From: an uncultured Rivularia sp.
GTDB taxonomy: Bacteria > Cyanobacteriota > Cyanobacteriia > Cyanobacteriales > Nostocaceae
Assembly: GCA_963665115.1 (NCBI GenBank)
Contig: OY762007.1
Coordinates: forward strand, 1,792,001 to 1,856,000
DNA: 64,000 nt
Direction: 5' to 3'
Of the stretch, positions 11,187-21,860 are shown piece by piece. The translations under genes and the position numbers were made by a program. The notes beneath the pieces were generated by a model. That model was not told where the DNA came from and made no database searches. It saw only the letters and a list, made by a program, of their open reading frames with translations. Positions within the stretch are counted from its first letter, which is position 1. Each line of letters starts with the position of its first letter.

Positions 11187-12744
11187 ATGAGTTCAATTCG
11201 CATTGAAGCGGAAAATTACAAGGATGGTATCGACAGCACTGTTGGTAATAATGGTGGAGAATATCGCTTTGAGGATGTTGATATTCAATCTAGCAAGGAT
11301 ATTGATGGTGGTTATTCGCTGGGTTGGATCGATTCGGGTGAATGGTTAACCTACGATTTTACCGTTCCGACATCGGGAGAATATCGTTTAGTGTCCCGTA
11401 TGGCTTCGGCACGAGATGGAAATCACAGTTTTCAAGCAACTCTTGAGGGACAACAAACAAATTTTGATGTCGGTAATACTGGTGGTTGGTGGAATTGGCA
11501 AAATATTGAGTCTGCTCAAACTTTCTCTTTGAATGCAGGTAATTATGAAATGCGTCTCGATATGTTGGGAAGTGTTTTTAATATCAATTATTTAGAGTTA
11601 GTTCCCATCTCTCTAATAAATAATAGTAACAGTAATTTAATTTATGGAGGTACGGGAAATAATTCTTTCTATGGCGATCGCGGAATAGATACTATTACTT
11701 ATAGTGCAGCCAATTCTAGTATTGTTGCAGATTTAAATGCTGGTAAAGTAACTCACAATTCGACAAACTTTTCTATGCAACCCCTTAAAATAATGCCTTT
11801 GGGTGATTCCAATACAAAAGGTTGGGGAAGTTGGGATTTAGGTGCTTATCGGGATGATTTATGGCAATTGTTTGAGAACAATTTTGAGAATAATAAAGTA
11901 GATTTTGTTGGGGCCTCACGCAACGGGGCCACAAGGTTTCGATCGCGATAATGCCGGATTTAGCGGATGGAGAATTCGTGATATCGACAGTGCTGTTGAT
12001 GGTTGGTTGAATGATGCTCAACCGGATATGGTGCTGTTAGAAATCGGCACTAACGACATACTTCGAGATGACAATATCAGTCAAGCACCCAGTCGTCTCA
12101 ACAAACTGATCGACAATATTACCAATCAGTTACCAAATACCCAGCTTTTAGTCAGTTCAATTCCTCCAATTAGTCGCACAGAAGAACAACGAAAAGAGGC
12201 TATAGAATTTAATTCGCATATACCAGGTATCGTTGATAGTAAAGCAGCACTTGGTAAAAATGTTAGTTTTGTCGATATTTTCAGCGCGTTAACACCCGAT
12301 GATTTACAAGATGGAATTCATGCGACTGTAGAAGGTTACAGCAAGATTGCCGACGTTTGGTATGATGCGATTCTCGATCAAAATAAACCTCAAGATAGCT
12401 TAAGCGACATCGAGAATATCATCGGATCAAACTATGATGATGTAATTATAGGCAACAGTGGTGTTAATACTATTCAGGGTGGTGCTGGTAACGATACATT
12501 AACCGGCGGTGGTAGTAGTGACACATTTGTTTTAACCTTGGGAGAAGGAATTGATACTATTACCGATTTTATAATTGGTGAAGATTCTATAGCTTTATCT
12601 ACAGGTTTAAACATTCAAGATATTACTGCTATTCAAGGTTCCAGTAGCGGTTATAACGACACCACGATTATCCATAAAGATGAAACCTTAGCGATATTAA
12701 CCGGAATAGAAGCAAGCAGTCTTTCTGCTAATGATTTTATATAA
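11187..12744 (+). CDS. Secreted carbohydrate-binding (CBM6-like) + SGNH/GDSL hydrolase + RTX Ca-binding protein (frameshift at about 11910-11928)
   Basis: RIEAENY…GWIDSGEW…TGGW, IMPLGDSNT, EIGTND, DGIH and GGAGNDTLTGG motifs. ORFs 11106-11951 and 11905-12744 join by removing one G from a GGGG run. Confidence 0.82.
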
Positions 12745-12846
12745 AGGGGATTGGGCATTGGGGATTGGGCATTGGGCATTGGGCATTGGGGAAAATTTAA
12801 CCCTTAACCTCTAACCTTTGACCTCTAACCTTTAACCTCTAACCTA

Positions 12847-13665
12847 TCACAATTGCAATTCTGCTAACCCCAAATACTTAACCCCTTCGGGTGTGGTTTC
12901 AAAGCGACAGGGTAATACTTCTAATCCCATAGATACAGCTTCCCGCAATAATTTACCATATAAGGGGTCGGCAATATCTCCGGGTGCAAAGTGAGTACAA
13001 TCGCTACGGTTAATAAAATACAGCATTACTCCACGAGTTTGGGGCAAAAGAGCCATTAATTCTCGTATATGCTTTTGTCCCCTCGTGGTTTCTGTGTCGG
13101 GAAATAATGCTAATCTTTTATCCGTCCAAGTTGTATTTTTCACTTCTAAATATATTGAACGGTTATCATCTTTTGGTAAAGTTTTATTCTCTATCCCTAC
13201 AGAATTACTATCTATTGCATTATCTAAAAGTGAAAGTTGATTTGCTAAATGAGTTGCTTTTTCGGAGACAGGTAAATAGAAATCTACTCGGCTTTTTCTA
13301 TCTTGTCCGTAAACAACTTCGCTTTTCACTTCATCGTACTTTCCTAATTCTGGAAAAATATGTTTTTGTAGCGCTATTTTAATAATTTTATTTGGTAAAC
13401 CTGTATTTACACCTACCCAAGTTGGTTCGTTATCGTGCAATTGAATCATTTCCCAAGTGTAAGCTAATTTACGTTTGGGATTGTCTGATTTCGATAGTTG
13501 TACTGGATTTCCGGGAATATATACTCCCTTCATCGGGCCAGTATTTGGACAGTGTGCTGTAACAATTTCCCCAGAAGCAAGTTCTACATCTGCGAAAAAT
13601 CGCTTGTAGCGTTTAACTAAAGTTCCTGGATATAAAGTTGGATAACGGTAAAGGAAGTCAGTCAT
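12847..13665 (-). CDS. sfsA: DNA/RNA nuclease SfsA
   Basis: KRYKRFFADV, AHCPNTGPM, YLEVKNTT and FPDTETTRGQKH motifs. Confidence 0.95.
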   Translation of the reverse strand: MTDFLYRYPTLYPGTLVKRYKRFFADVELASGEIVTAHCPNTGPMKGVYIPGNPVQLSKSDNPKRKLAYTWEMIQLHDNEPTWVGVNTGLPNKIIKIALQKHIFPELGKYDEVKSEVVYGQDRKSRVDFYLPVSEKATHLANQLSLLDNAIDSNSVGIENKTLPKDDNRSIYLEVKNTTWTDKRLALFPDTETTRGQKHIRELMALLPQTRGVMLYFINRSDCTHFAPGDIADPLYGKLLREAVSMGLEVLPCRFETTPEGVKYLGLAELQL

Positions 13666-13866
13666 TTTGGATTTTGGATTAAAAATATTTAATTAAAGTT
13701 AGGAGTTAGGAGTTATGGAATTTTGGATTAGAAACGTTTAATTAAGAGTTAGGAATTATGAATTTAAAACTCAATGCCTAATGCCCAATGCCCCATCCCC
13801 AATTCCCCATCCCCAATTCACAATTCGTCGGTTAGGATATGTATCTATAATTAATTGAGTTAACCG

Positions 13867-15147
13867 TTGAGTGTGATGGAACAAGAATCGTTTGATAAGG
13901 GATTGGAAAAGGCGAAGCAAAAAGACTATGCTGGCGCTGTTGAGGAATTTACCAAAGCGCTGCAAGTTAATTCTGAGTTTGTTGAAGCTTATTATCAACG
14001 AGGTTTAGCATACTACGATTTGGGACATATTCCCCAAGCGGTTTTTGATTATGATGAGGTTTTGAAGCGCGATTCTTATAATGTTGATGTATATTATTGT
14101 CGTGCTTTAGCCCGGTTAGCGTTGAAAAATTTACCCGGTGCTTTAAAGGATGTTGATAAAACTATTGAGCTTAATTCTTATAAAGCTGGCGCTTACAATT
14201 TACGGGGTGTTGTAGAGCGTAAGTTGGGAAATATTGAAAGTGCGATCGCCAATTTTAAAAAGGCAGCACAATTGTATTTGGAGCAGAAGGATGCTGATAA
14301 TGCAAAGTCGTGTATGGAGAAGGTGAAGCAGCTACAACCGCGCAAGCAAGAGGTTTTTGTAGAAAAATCAGTTTCTCAAACTGCGAGATTAATAACGGAG
14401 AAAGATTATTTTACCGCTTTGTTAGAAAAGGCGGAAAAGGGAGACACCCGCGAAGCGATGGAAGATTTGAATTGGGTGTTAAGAGCAGATTCTCAAGATG
14501 GGAAAGCTTATTGCTGTCGCGGGGTTGTATATTGCAAGCAGGGAAAATATCGAGAAGCGATTGCAGATTTTAATGCAGCACTACAGTTGAATTTTGAAGA
14601 TGCTGCGGTTTATCGCAATCGTGGTAAAGCACGTTTGCAGATGGGCGATAATCAAGGTGCTATTACTGATTTTAATCAAGCTTTAAAAAAACAGCCTGAA
14701 GATGATTTGATATATGTTGCTAGAGGTAATGCTTATCAAGCCATAGGTCATTATTTAGGTGCAATTGAAGATTATAATCAAGCTTTAGAATTTAATTCGA
14801 CTAGTGCGACAGCTTTCTACAATCGCGGTTTATGTAATATTCGCATGGAAGAAATTCCTCAAGCAATTACCGATCTTCAGAATGCAGCGAGTATTTATTG
14901 TGAAAAAGAAGATTGGGATAATTATCAGCAAGTTTTAGAAAGTTTGAAAAAAATTAATGCTCCCGCTCCTGAAACTCCAAAAAATGACTATGAACAGTTA
15001 CGCTATCGGTTGCTAAGATTAGTTGGTGGGCAATGGGAAATTGCTCAAAGATTAATTGAACAAGCAAAGTTTTATTATCCCGGAATGTCGGAAGAATGGT
15101 ATATCGAAACTGTTATTCATGATATCGAAAAGGATATGGGAAGATGA
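13867..15147 (+). CDS. Tetratricopeptide repeat protein
   Basis: Multiple AYY.RG.A…A..D…A TPR units. Confidence 0.88.
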   Translation: MSVMEQESFDKGLEKAKQKDYAGAVEEFTKALQVNSEFVEAYYQRGLAYYDLGHIPQAVFDYDEVLKRDSYNVDVYYCRALARLALKNLPGALKDVDKTIELNSYKAGAYNLRGVVERKLGNIESAIANFKKAAQLYLEQKDADNAKSCMEKVKQLQPRKQEVFVEKSVSQTARLITEKDYFTALLEKAEKGDTREAMEDLNWVLRADSQDGKAYCCRGVVYCKQGKYREAIADFNAALQLNFEDAAVYRNRGKARLQMGDNQGAITDFNQALKKQPEDDLIYVARGNAYQAIGHYLGAIEDYNQALEFNSTSATAFYNRGLCNIRMEEIPQAITDLQNAASIYCEKEDWDNYQQVLESLKKINAPAPETPKNDYEQLRYRLLRLVGGQWEIAQRLIEQAKFYYPGMSEEWYIETVIHDIEKDMGR

Positions 15148-15212
15148 TTGGGTATTAGGTAATTGGGCATGGTAAATAGTTAGTAGTTAGTTGGTAGGTT
15201 AGCTTGTAGCTG

Positions 15213-15284
15213 GTAGGTTGGGTTGGAGACGAAAACAAATTTAGGTTGTAATTAAAATTTTTATTTATCGTGTCGTAACCCAAC
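15213..15284. repeat. GTAG-type REP-like element (GTAGGTTGGGTT…AACCCAAC)
   Basis: First 37 bp identical to 17151-17187; related copy at about 45376-45443. Confidence 0.75.
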
Positions 15285-15427
15285 TTTTCGCTAACTATTA
15301 AATAATTCAACTGAATCTTGTATTCGACTCATTGCTTAATATTAATTAGCCTCATATTAGCTGGACACTTTTTTTTTAAACGAGTAGCATAGTCTTAGGG
15401 TGATTATTATATAAAGCCGGATAAAAA

Positions 15428-17140
15428 ATGGATAGTATCGTACTACAGAAAATACATTTTGATAGCCTCAGAGTTAAGTACAAAGTAGGTAGCAATAGAA
15501 CTTTTGCGTCGAATAGTTTTCTTTATTTAATATTGCGAAAATCTGACTTAGGTATGCAAGTGACAGATGTAGAGCTTCAATGGTTAACAGAAAATCACTT
15601 GTCTAATTGTATTGAGTTCATTTCTTTACAGCAATATAAAGCAGAAGAAGAAAAAAGACTAGAAGCAGAGTTAATGCAATTGCGATCTAAATACCTTATT
15701 CCAGATAATATAGAGCTTTCTACCGCAAGTTCTATCTATTCAGTGCTTTGGAAACTAGAAACAGGAAATACACTTGCAAATTCAGACTTTGAACTGCTTA
15801 ATGCTCATAATCTTGTAGAAACAGTTGCTCTAATTCAAGATATTGCGAGTTTTTCAAAGCTAAAAACTAAATTCAAAGCTACTCATAATTTGAGTTTACT
15901 TCCAGAAAAACCTCTTTTTCTAATTTTGAAGAAACTAGATGCGAAACAGGAATTATCGAATTCTGAATCTGAATGGCTTTTAGACTCAGGCTTTGAAGAA
16001 ACGTTAGGAATTTATTGGCAGCAGGAAGATATAAGAAAAGCTGAACTTGAATTTTTAGAACTAAAATCTAAATATCAGGTCACCTCTTATCCTGATACTT
16101 CTATTTCTAGCCGACTTTATTCTATATTAAAAAAACTTGAGTTAGGAGAAACTTTAGATATTAAAGATGGCGAATGGTTAAAAAACAAAAAATTCAACTC
16201 TATTATCAAACTAGATCAAGAGCAAAAATTAAGTAGATTATTTTTTCAATTAAAAGAACATTATCGGGCTTCTCAACATTCTGAGATAAAACCTTTTGGT
16301 CAGTTATTTAAAGTGCTGATAAAAATGGCTTATGATGATACGGGAGTTTCAAAGCTAATTGGAATTATTCAAACACTGCCAGAACATTTCAAATCCGAAC
16401 TGCGTGAAAAAGATATTAATTGGTTAACACAAGAAGGACTTTGTGAAACTGCGGAAATTGCTCGTAAAATTCATTTTCAATCTTTAAGGCGCAAATATCA
16501 AATTATAGATCCTAATTTGGCAATAGATCCATTTTACGAAATTATGCTTAAACTTGAGCGTCAGGAGCGCTTAGATCCAAAACAGGTAGTTCAATTAATT
16601 GAAGAGCGTCGTCTTTCCCGACATGGAAAAATAGCGATCGCCTACTATAGATTAGAGGCAATTTTTTATGAAAAAGAGCACAAAAGAACTGGAAACAAGT
16701 GGAATTTACCTAGTGCAAGCAGTAACTGGCGTAAAGCTGATGAATCAGAAAAAGCGTTAGAAGTTACAAAACAAGTTAATTTGAGTAAGGTACGAGAAGC
16801 CGATCTTAAATCTGCCTTGTTGGTAACAAGAGGTGCGGCTTTTCGCGATTTAAATCGATTGGATGAAGCAGAAAGTTGTGCTGCACAAGCAATGGAATCG
16901 CAACCCGACAATCACCAGCCTTATACATTGATGGGAGCAATTTGTTACGATAAAGGTAAATTTGCTGATGGTGATGTCTGGTTTGAAATGGCAGCAGAGC
17001 GGGGTGCTAACGATACAGACGATGAAATTGAAAAAATTGTCCGAATGACAAAAGACAAGAATAAACGTAAAGAAGTCGTAGAATATCTTCTTAACAAAGA
17101 TCCAAAGCGTTATGGATGGGCAAAATCCTATTTAAAGTAG
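15428..17140 (+). CDS. Hypothetical protein with about 60-aa internal helical repeats and C-terminal TPR region
   Basis: Recurring L(K/R).KY….S.LY.IL.KL…L…E..WL units; TRGAAFRDL…AE…A…PYTLMGAI TPR-like end. Confidence 0.75.
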   Translation: MDSIVLQKIHFDSLRVKYKVGSNRTFASNSFLYLILRKSDLGMQVTDVELQWLTENHLSNCIEFISLQQYKAEEEKRLEAELMQLRSKYLIPDNIELSTASSIYSVLWKLETGNTLANSDFELLNAHNLVETVALIQDIASFSKLKTKFKATHNLSLLPEKPLFLILKKLDAKQELSNSESEWLLDSGFEETLGIYWQQEDIRKAELEFLELKSKYQVTSYPDTSISSRLYSILKKLELGETLDIKDGEWLKNKKFNSIIKLDQEQKLSRLFFQLKEHYRASQHSEIKPFGQLFKVLIKMAYDDTGVSKLIGIIQTLPEHFKSELREKDINWLTQEGLCETAEIARKIHFQSLRRKYQIIDPNLAIDPFYEIMLKLERQERLDPKQVVQLIEERRLSRHGKIAIAYYRLEAIFYEKEHKRTGNKWNLPSASSNWRKADESEKALEVTKQVNLSKVREADLKSALLVTRGAAFRDLNRLDEAESCAAQAMESQPDNHQPYTLMGAICYDKGKFADGDVWFEMAAERGANDTDDEIEKIVRMTKDKNKRKEVVEYLLNKDPKRYGWAKSYLK

Positions 17141-17150
17141 TTGGTAGCTT

Positions 17151-17334
17151 GTAGGTTGGGTTGGAGACGAAAACAAATTTAGGTTGTTAATGGAAATGTT
17201 TATTAATCGTTTGTTGTGAAATTAAGGCGGGCAAGGATGCCCACTCCACAAGAATGTATTTGAGTCAAATAAAATTCGCTATATAGATTATTTGTTTATA
17301 AAGTATATGTTTGGTGAAACCTAACCCAACCTAC
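17151..17334. repeat. REP doublet: GTAGGTTGGGTT … AACCCAACCTAC inverted pair with a nested GCGGGCAAGGATGCCCAC palindrome
   Basis: Terminal 12-bp inverted repeat read directly. Confidence 0.75.
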
Positions 17335-17379
17335 AAACTGTTTCTAATCCCCAATCCCCAATCCCCCATTCCCAATGCC

Positions 17380-18039
17380 CTATGCCCCATTCCCAATCAA
17401 AGAAACAATTTCCTGTAAATCATTAATAAAATAATCGGCTTCTTGCTTAACTTTTTCTCTCACTGCATATCTACCAAACCCGATAAACAGATCGATAACG
17501 GGTTTGCTTTCCAAATCGCTAACACCATCACCAACAGCGACAATTTTGCTTGGAGAATATTTATCTTTTAAACTTTTAACAACTTCGGGTTTACCACCGT
17601 TACGTGTTGAGGGATAATTACGGTCAAAGTCGCGATAGCTGCCATCTTCGTTAAAATAAAGGTCAACTGCTTCGATTAATTCTACATCAAGATAATCGGC
17701 TAAAGGTTTGATTGCTTGACGATAACCACCGCTTAAAATAACTGGTGTCCATCCTTTGTTTTTTAAAGTTGTAATTACTTGCTTTGCGGAAGGTTCAACT
17801 GTATCGATATATAACTGACCAACTTTTGAGACATTGGAAGCAGATGGTTGAATAATTTCTAAACGTCGTGCAAAGATACTTTCTAAAGTAATTTTACCTT
17901 CCATCGCTTGCTCTGTCATCTTTTCAATTTCTTGAGTTGCTTCCTCACCAGCAACACGGGCTAACTCATCAACTCCTTCAATGCTGCTCAAAGTACTGTC
18001 GCAATCAAAAATAATAATCTTATCGTGTTGCTTTGTCAT
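17380..18039 (-). CDS. serB: HAD-IB phosphatase, phosphoserine phosphatase-like
   Basis: FDCDSTL, LSGG, GK and VGDGVSD HAD motifs. Confidence 0.75.
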   Translation of the reverse strand: MTKQHDKIIIFDCDSTLSSIEGVDELARVAGEEATQEIEKMTEQAMEGKITLESIFARRLEIIQPSASNVSKVGQLYIDTVEPSAKQVITTLKNKGWTPVILSGGYRQAIKPLADYLDVELIEAVDLYFNEDGSYRDFDRNYPSTRNGGKPEVVKSLKDKYSPSKIVAVGDGVSDLESKPVIDLFIGFGRYAVREKVKQEADYFINDLQEIVSLIGNGA

Positions 18040-18250
18040 ATTTTTTATTATCGATTGGCTGAAACTGCAAAACCCATAACCACCAGCATCTTATCAATAT
18101 TTGGTTGTTAGTAGTTAGTGGTTAGTTGTTAGTTGTTAGTAGATATTATCAATATGACATTGTTCATTTTCAATGCCCAATCCCCAATGCCCAATCCCCA
18201 ATTCCCAATTACCCATTGATAATTGTTAATTGATAATTGATAATTGATAA

Positions 18251-20200
18251 ATGCGATTTTTATCTTTATTTTTTGCTACTCTGCTTGCAGTAATCTTACT
18301 ACCTATGCCGATGGTTGCTGCTGTTACTCCTATTATTCCTGGAGACAATCTTGTTGTTGAGGGAATTCCCCCGATTCCTGGGGATTTAGCTCAAAAAGTC
18401 GAACGCTATACTCAATTCCGCTCTGCTGGTATTTCTAGCTGGCATCCCACAAAGCGCGAAATGCTGATTTCAACTCGCTTTGCAGATACTCGACAAACAC
18501 ATTACGTTAAATCTCCTCTTGCTACTCGTCAACAATTAACTTTCTTCCCCGAACCCGTGCGCGGTGCGAGTTTTCAACCTACGGAAGGTAATTATTTTGT
18601 CTTCAGTAAAGATGCTGGCGGTAATGAATTTAACCAGAATTATCGCTATGACTTAGATACTGGAGAAGTTACTTTATTAACCGATGGTGAGTCAAAAAAC
18701 AGTCGTGGAGTGTGGTCTAATAGTGGCGATCGCCTAATCTACACTTCTACTCGTCGCACTGGTAATGATGCTGATTTTTACACTATTAATCCGCAAAATC
18801 CCGCAAGTAATAAACTGTTAACCCAAAATGAAGGTGGTGGCTGGTACGGTTTGGATTTCTCGCCGGATGATGTTAAGTATTTAGCGTTGCAGTATGTTTC
18901 TGTAAATGAAAGTTATCTGTGGTTGGTAGATACTTTCACCGGTGAGAAGCAACAGCTACTACCTAAAAAAGGTGAGGAAAAGATTTCTTACGATGGCGCT
19001 TATTTCAGTAAGGATGGCAAAGGTTTATATGTAATCACCGATCGCGATTCCGAGTTTTCCCGGTTAGCATACGTTAGTCTTGATACTTTAGAGCATACTT
19101 ATCTCAGCAAGAAGTTTCGTTGGGATGTTACCGATTTTGACCTTTCCGATGACGGTAATTTCCTCGCTTTTGTAACTAATGAAGATGGAACCGGGGTATT
19201 GCATATTCTTAATACTGCTACCCGTCGTTTCAAACGTTTACCAAAGCTTCCTGTTGGGCAAGTATACGGAATTCGATGGCATAATAATAACCGCGATTTA
19301 GGTTTTACGCTGATTTCAGCGAAGTATACTGCCGATGCTTATTCTTTGAATATCCGCAGTAATAAAGTTGAACGCTGGACTCAAAGCGAAACTGGCGGTT
19401 TAAATACTAGCAGCTTCTCCGATGCAGAGTTAGTAAGGTGGAAGAGTTTTGACGGTAGAACAATTTCGGGCTTTTTATATCGTCCTCCCGCTAAGTTTAC
19501 CGGAAAACGTCCGGTAATAATTAACATTCACGGCGGTCCCGAGTCCCAGTTTCGTCCTTCTTTTTTAGGAAGATATAATTACTACCTGAATGAATTGGGT
19601 GTTGCGGTTATATTTCCTAACGTGCGAGGCTCAACGGGATACGGTAAAACTTTTACTAAGTTAGATAACGGGTTTCGTCGGGAAGATTCTGTTAAAGATA
19701 TTGGTGCTTTGCTTGATTGGATAACCACGCAACCGCAATTAGATGCAGATAAAATTTTAGTTACCGGGGGAAGTTATGGTGGCTATATGTCTTTGGCTGT
19801 TGCGACGAAATACAGCGATAAAATCAAAGCTGCAATTGATATTGTTGGTATTTCTAATTTTGTGACTTTCCTAGAAAATACTAAAGGTTATCGAAGAGAT
19901 TTACGAAGAGTGGAATATGGAGACGAAAGAGATCCGAAAATGAGGGAGTTTCTCCAGAAAATTTCTCCTACAAATAATGCTGAAAATATCAAAGTGCCGT
20001 TATTTGTAATTCACGGAAAAAATGACCCCAGAGTGCCGTTAATTGAAGCGGAGCAAATTGTTGAAACGGTGAGAAAGAATGATGTACCCGTGTGGTATTT
20101 AATGGCAAAAGATGAAGGGCATGGGTTTAGTAAGAAGAAGAATATTGACTTTCAATTTTATTCTACGGTGATGTTTATTAAGGAGTTTTTACTGAGTTAG
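18251..20200 (+). CDS. Secreted S9 family (prolyl oligopeptidase/acylaminoacyl) peptidase
   Basis: Signal peptide; IHGGP, GGSYGG, GKNDPRVP and DEGHG motifs. Confidence 0.93.
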   Translation: MRFLSLFFATLLAVILLPMPMVAAVTPIIPGDNLVVEGIPPIPGDLAQKVERYTQFRSAGISSWHPTKREMLISTRFADTRQTHYVKSPLATRQQLTFFPEPVRGASFQPTEGNYFVFSKDAGGNEFNQNYRYDLDTGEVTLLTDGESKNSRGVWSNSGDRLIYTSTRRTGNDADFYTINPQNPASNKLLTQNEGGGWYGLDFSPDDVKYLALQYVSVNESYLWLVDTFTGEKQQLLPKKGEEKISYDGAYFSKDGKGLYVITDRDSEFSRLAYVSLDTLEHTYLSKKFRWDVTDFDLSDDGNFLAFVTNEDGTGVLHILNTATRRFKRLPKLPVGQVYGIRWHNNNRDLGFTLISAKYTADAYSLNIRSNKVERWTQSETGGLNTSSFSDAELVRWKSFDGRTISGFLYRPPAKFTGKRPVIINIHGGPESQFRPSFLGRYNYYLNELGVAVIFPNVRGSTGYGKTFTKLDNGFRREDSVKDIGALLDWITTQPQLDADKILVTGGSYGGYMSLAVATKYSDKIKAAIDIVGISNFVTFLENTKGYRRDLRRVEYGDERDPKMREFLQKISPTNNAENIKVPLFVIHGKNDPRVPLIEAEQIVETVRKNDVPVWYLMAKDEGHGFSKKKNIDFQFYSTVMFIKEFLLS

Positions 20201-20271
20201 GGAATTGGGCATGGGGGATTGTAAGATAATTATGATGCCAATTTCCCCGTGTTTTTTATTATTGAATTAAA

Positions 20272-20661
20272 TTAAGGTGTTGAAGGTGATGACTGCTGAA
20301 CCCATCTAATATCATCTAATGCACGCTCATAACAAAAATTGTCCTTCTGTTGTTTACAAATTTCTGCTACTTTATGATAGTCTGCAAGTGCTTTCTGCTT
20401 GTTTCCAAGTCTATGGTACAGCTGCCCTCGCCGGGAGTAGGCACCAACGATGCTGGGGAAAGCATTAGGATCTCTAGGGTTAATTCTGATGACCTCAGTG
20501 AAATCTGCAATAGCTTCCTCTGTCCTTCCCGATGAATAGCGAAGAGTTCTCCGGTTATAGAAAGCAGCAGCATCATTGGGATTTTTCATAATAGCCCAAT
20601 CTTGTTCTAAAGTAATTCCCCACTTATTAGCAAAGGGACCCCATACTATAAAATCCTTCAA
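20272..20661 (-). CDS. Short TPR protein (start uncertain)
   Basis: AFYNR…AIADFTEVIRINP…AYSRRG…ALADY. The frame extends upstream through a hydrophobic segment without an ATG. Confidence 0.6.
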   Translation of the reverse strand: MKDFIVWGPFANKWGITLEQDWAIMKNPNDAAAFYNRRTLRYSSGRTEEAIADFTEVIRINPRDPNAFPSIVGAYSRRGQLYHRLGNKQKALADYHKVAEICKQQKDNFCYERALDDIRWVQQSSPSTP

Positions 20662-21092
20662 AATAAGGTAAAGTTGACACGCCGTCAGCTCGCTAATGAG
20701 GATAGCAGCTATCCCTAATAAAGAAAGTTTGTAAAAGGTTCTTCTGATGTTGATTGTTTTTTTTGTATTTAATTTTTTCTAACGTTGAATGCGGCTGACC
20801 GTTACTTTATTCCGATGTAGTCTACTACAATTCTAATATTCTTTAATCCACGAATTTACAATTTAAAAAATTGGAAGCAATAAAAACCCGATTTTTTTGA
20901 AAAACTGGGTTTCTGAATTTTCGGGAGACGAAAAGACTACTGCCGACGGTTGCGACGGAGCTTTATATTTTTTTTGAACAAATTAAAAGTATTAGCGCTT
21001 CTAAAGCGATTATCAATCCCACTCTGCTTTAAAATAGCTTATAGGTTCAATTAATCAAGCTTTACTTCTGTGATTCGTGACTTTAAAACTCA

Positions 21093-21638
21093 ATGAAACT
21101 TAGGGCTAAAATAACTACTGGTTGGAATTACCAAAAATCTAAATCATGGACGGCTCGACAACTACATGAAGCTGCTTTAAGAGATGAAAACTATCTTGAA
21201 TTTCTCTCTAGTCAAATCCAGCAGCATCAAATTAGCGATATTTATCATTTAGATCAACTTTTTCGTAAAAATACTCGAGGCTTCAAACCGCTCAAGAACT
21301 TTGTTGCTACCTTAAGTGAAATTGAAAGCGATCGCGATCTTACTTGTCACATTGATGTTTTTGCCTATAGTTTTCTCAAACAAGCTAAGAATTTTGATTG
21401 GATATTACCGTTTGAGGTTAAAAACAACAAAGAGTTTATCGAAACAATCCGCAACTGGTTGGGGATTATCAGGCAACTTGAAAATTTTGAGCGTTTTGGT
21501 CACGATCTTCCACAATCATTAGCTAACAAGTATTTAGCTCTCAGACAAATTATTTCCAGGCTCTCGGTGAGGGATGAAATTAGAACTTTAGCAATTTTGC
21601 TAATTAGCGGGCCCTTCAACTTTAAAGGAAATATCTGA
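21093..21638 (+). CDS. Hypothetical protein
   Basis: 181-aa ATG ORF with no recognised motif. Confidence 0.6.
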   Translation: MKLRAKITTGWNYQKSKSWTARQLHEAALRDENYLEFLSSQIQQHQISDIYHLDQLFRKNTRGFKPLKNFVATLSEIESDRDLTCHIDVFAYSFLKQAKNFDWILPFEVKNNKEFIETIRNWLGIIRQLENFERFGHDLPQSLANKYLALRQIISRLSVRDEIRTLAILLISGPFNFKGNI

Positions 21639-21860
21639 AGATTTAGGACTTCACTATAGTATGGGAGTTAGAAGTATTGCTGTTTTTACAAATATCGATA
21701 TTGTCAAACAATCGGGACAAATCTATTATATTGGCCCTGAATACTTGGCGATAGTAATATTTTGTATTCGCGAAACAGTTGGCTTAGATTTACTAAGTAA
21801 TTATAATTTAGAATCAGAAATAATCGACAATTAAACCGTTATCTACTAATAATCAACACT

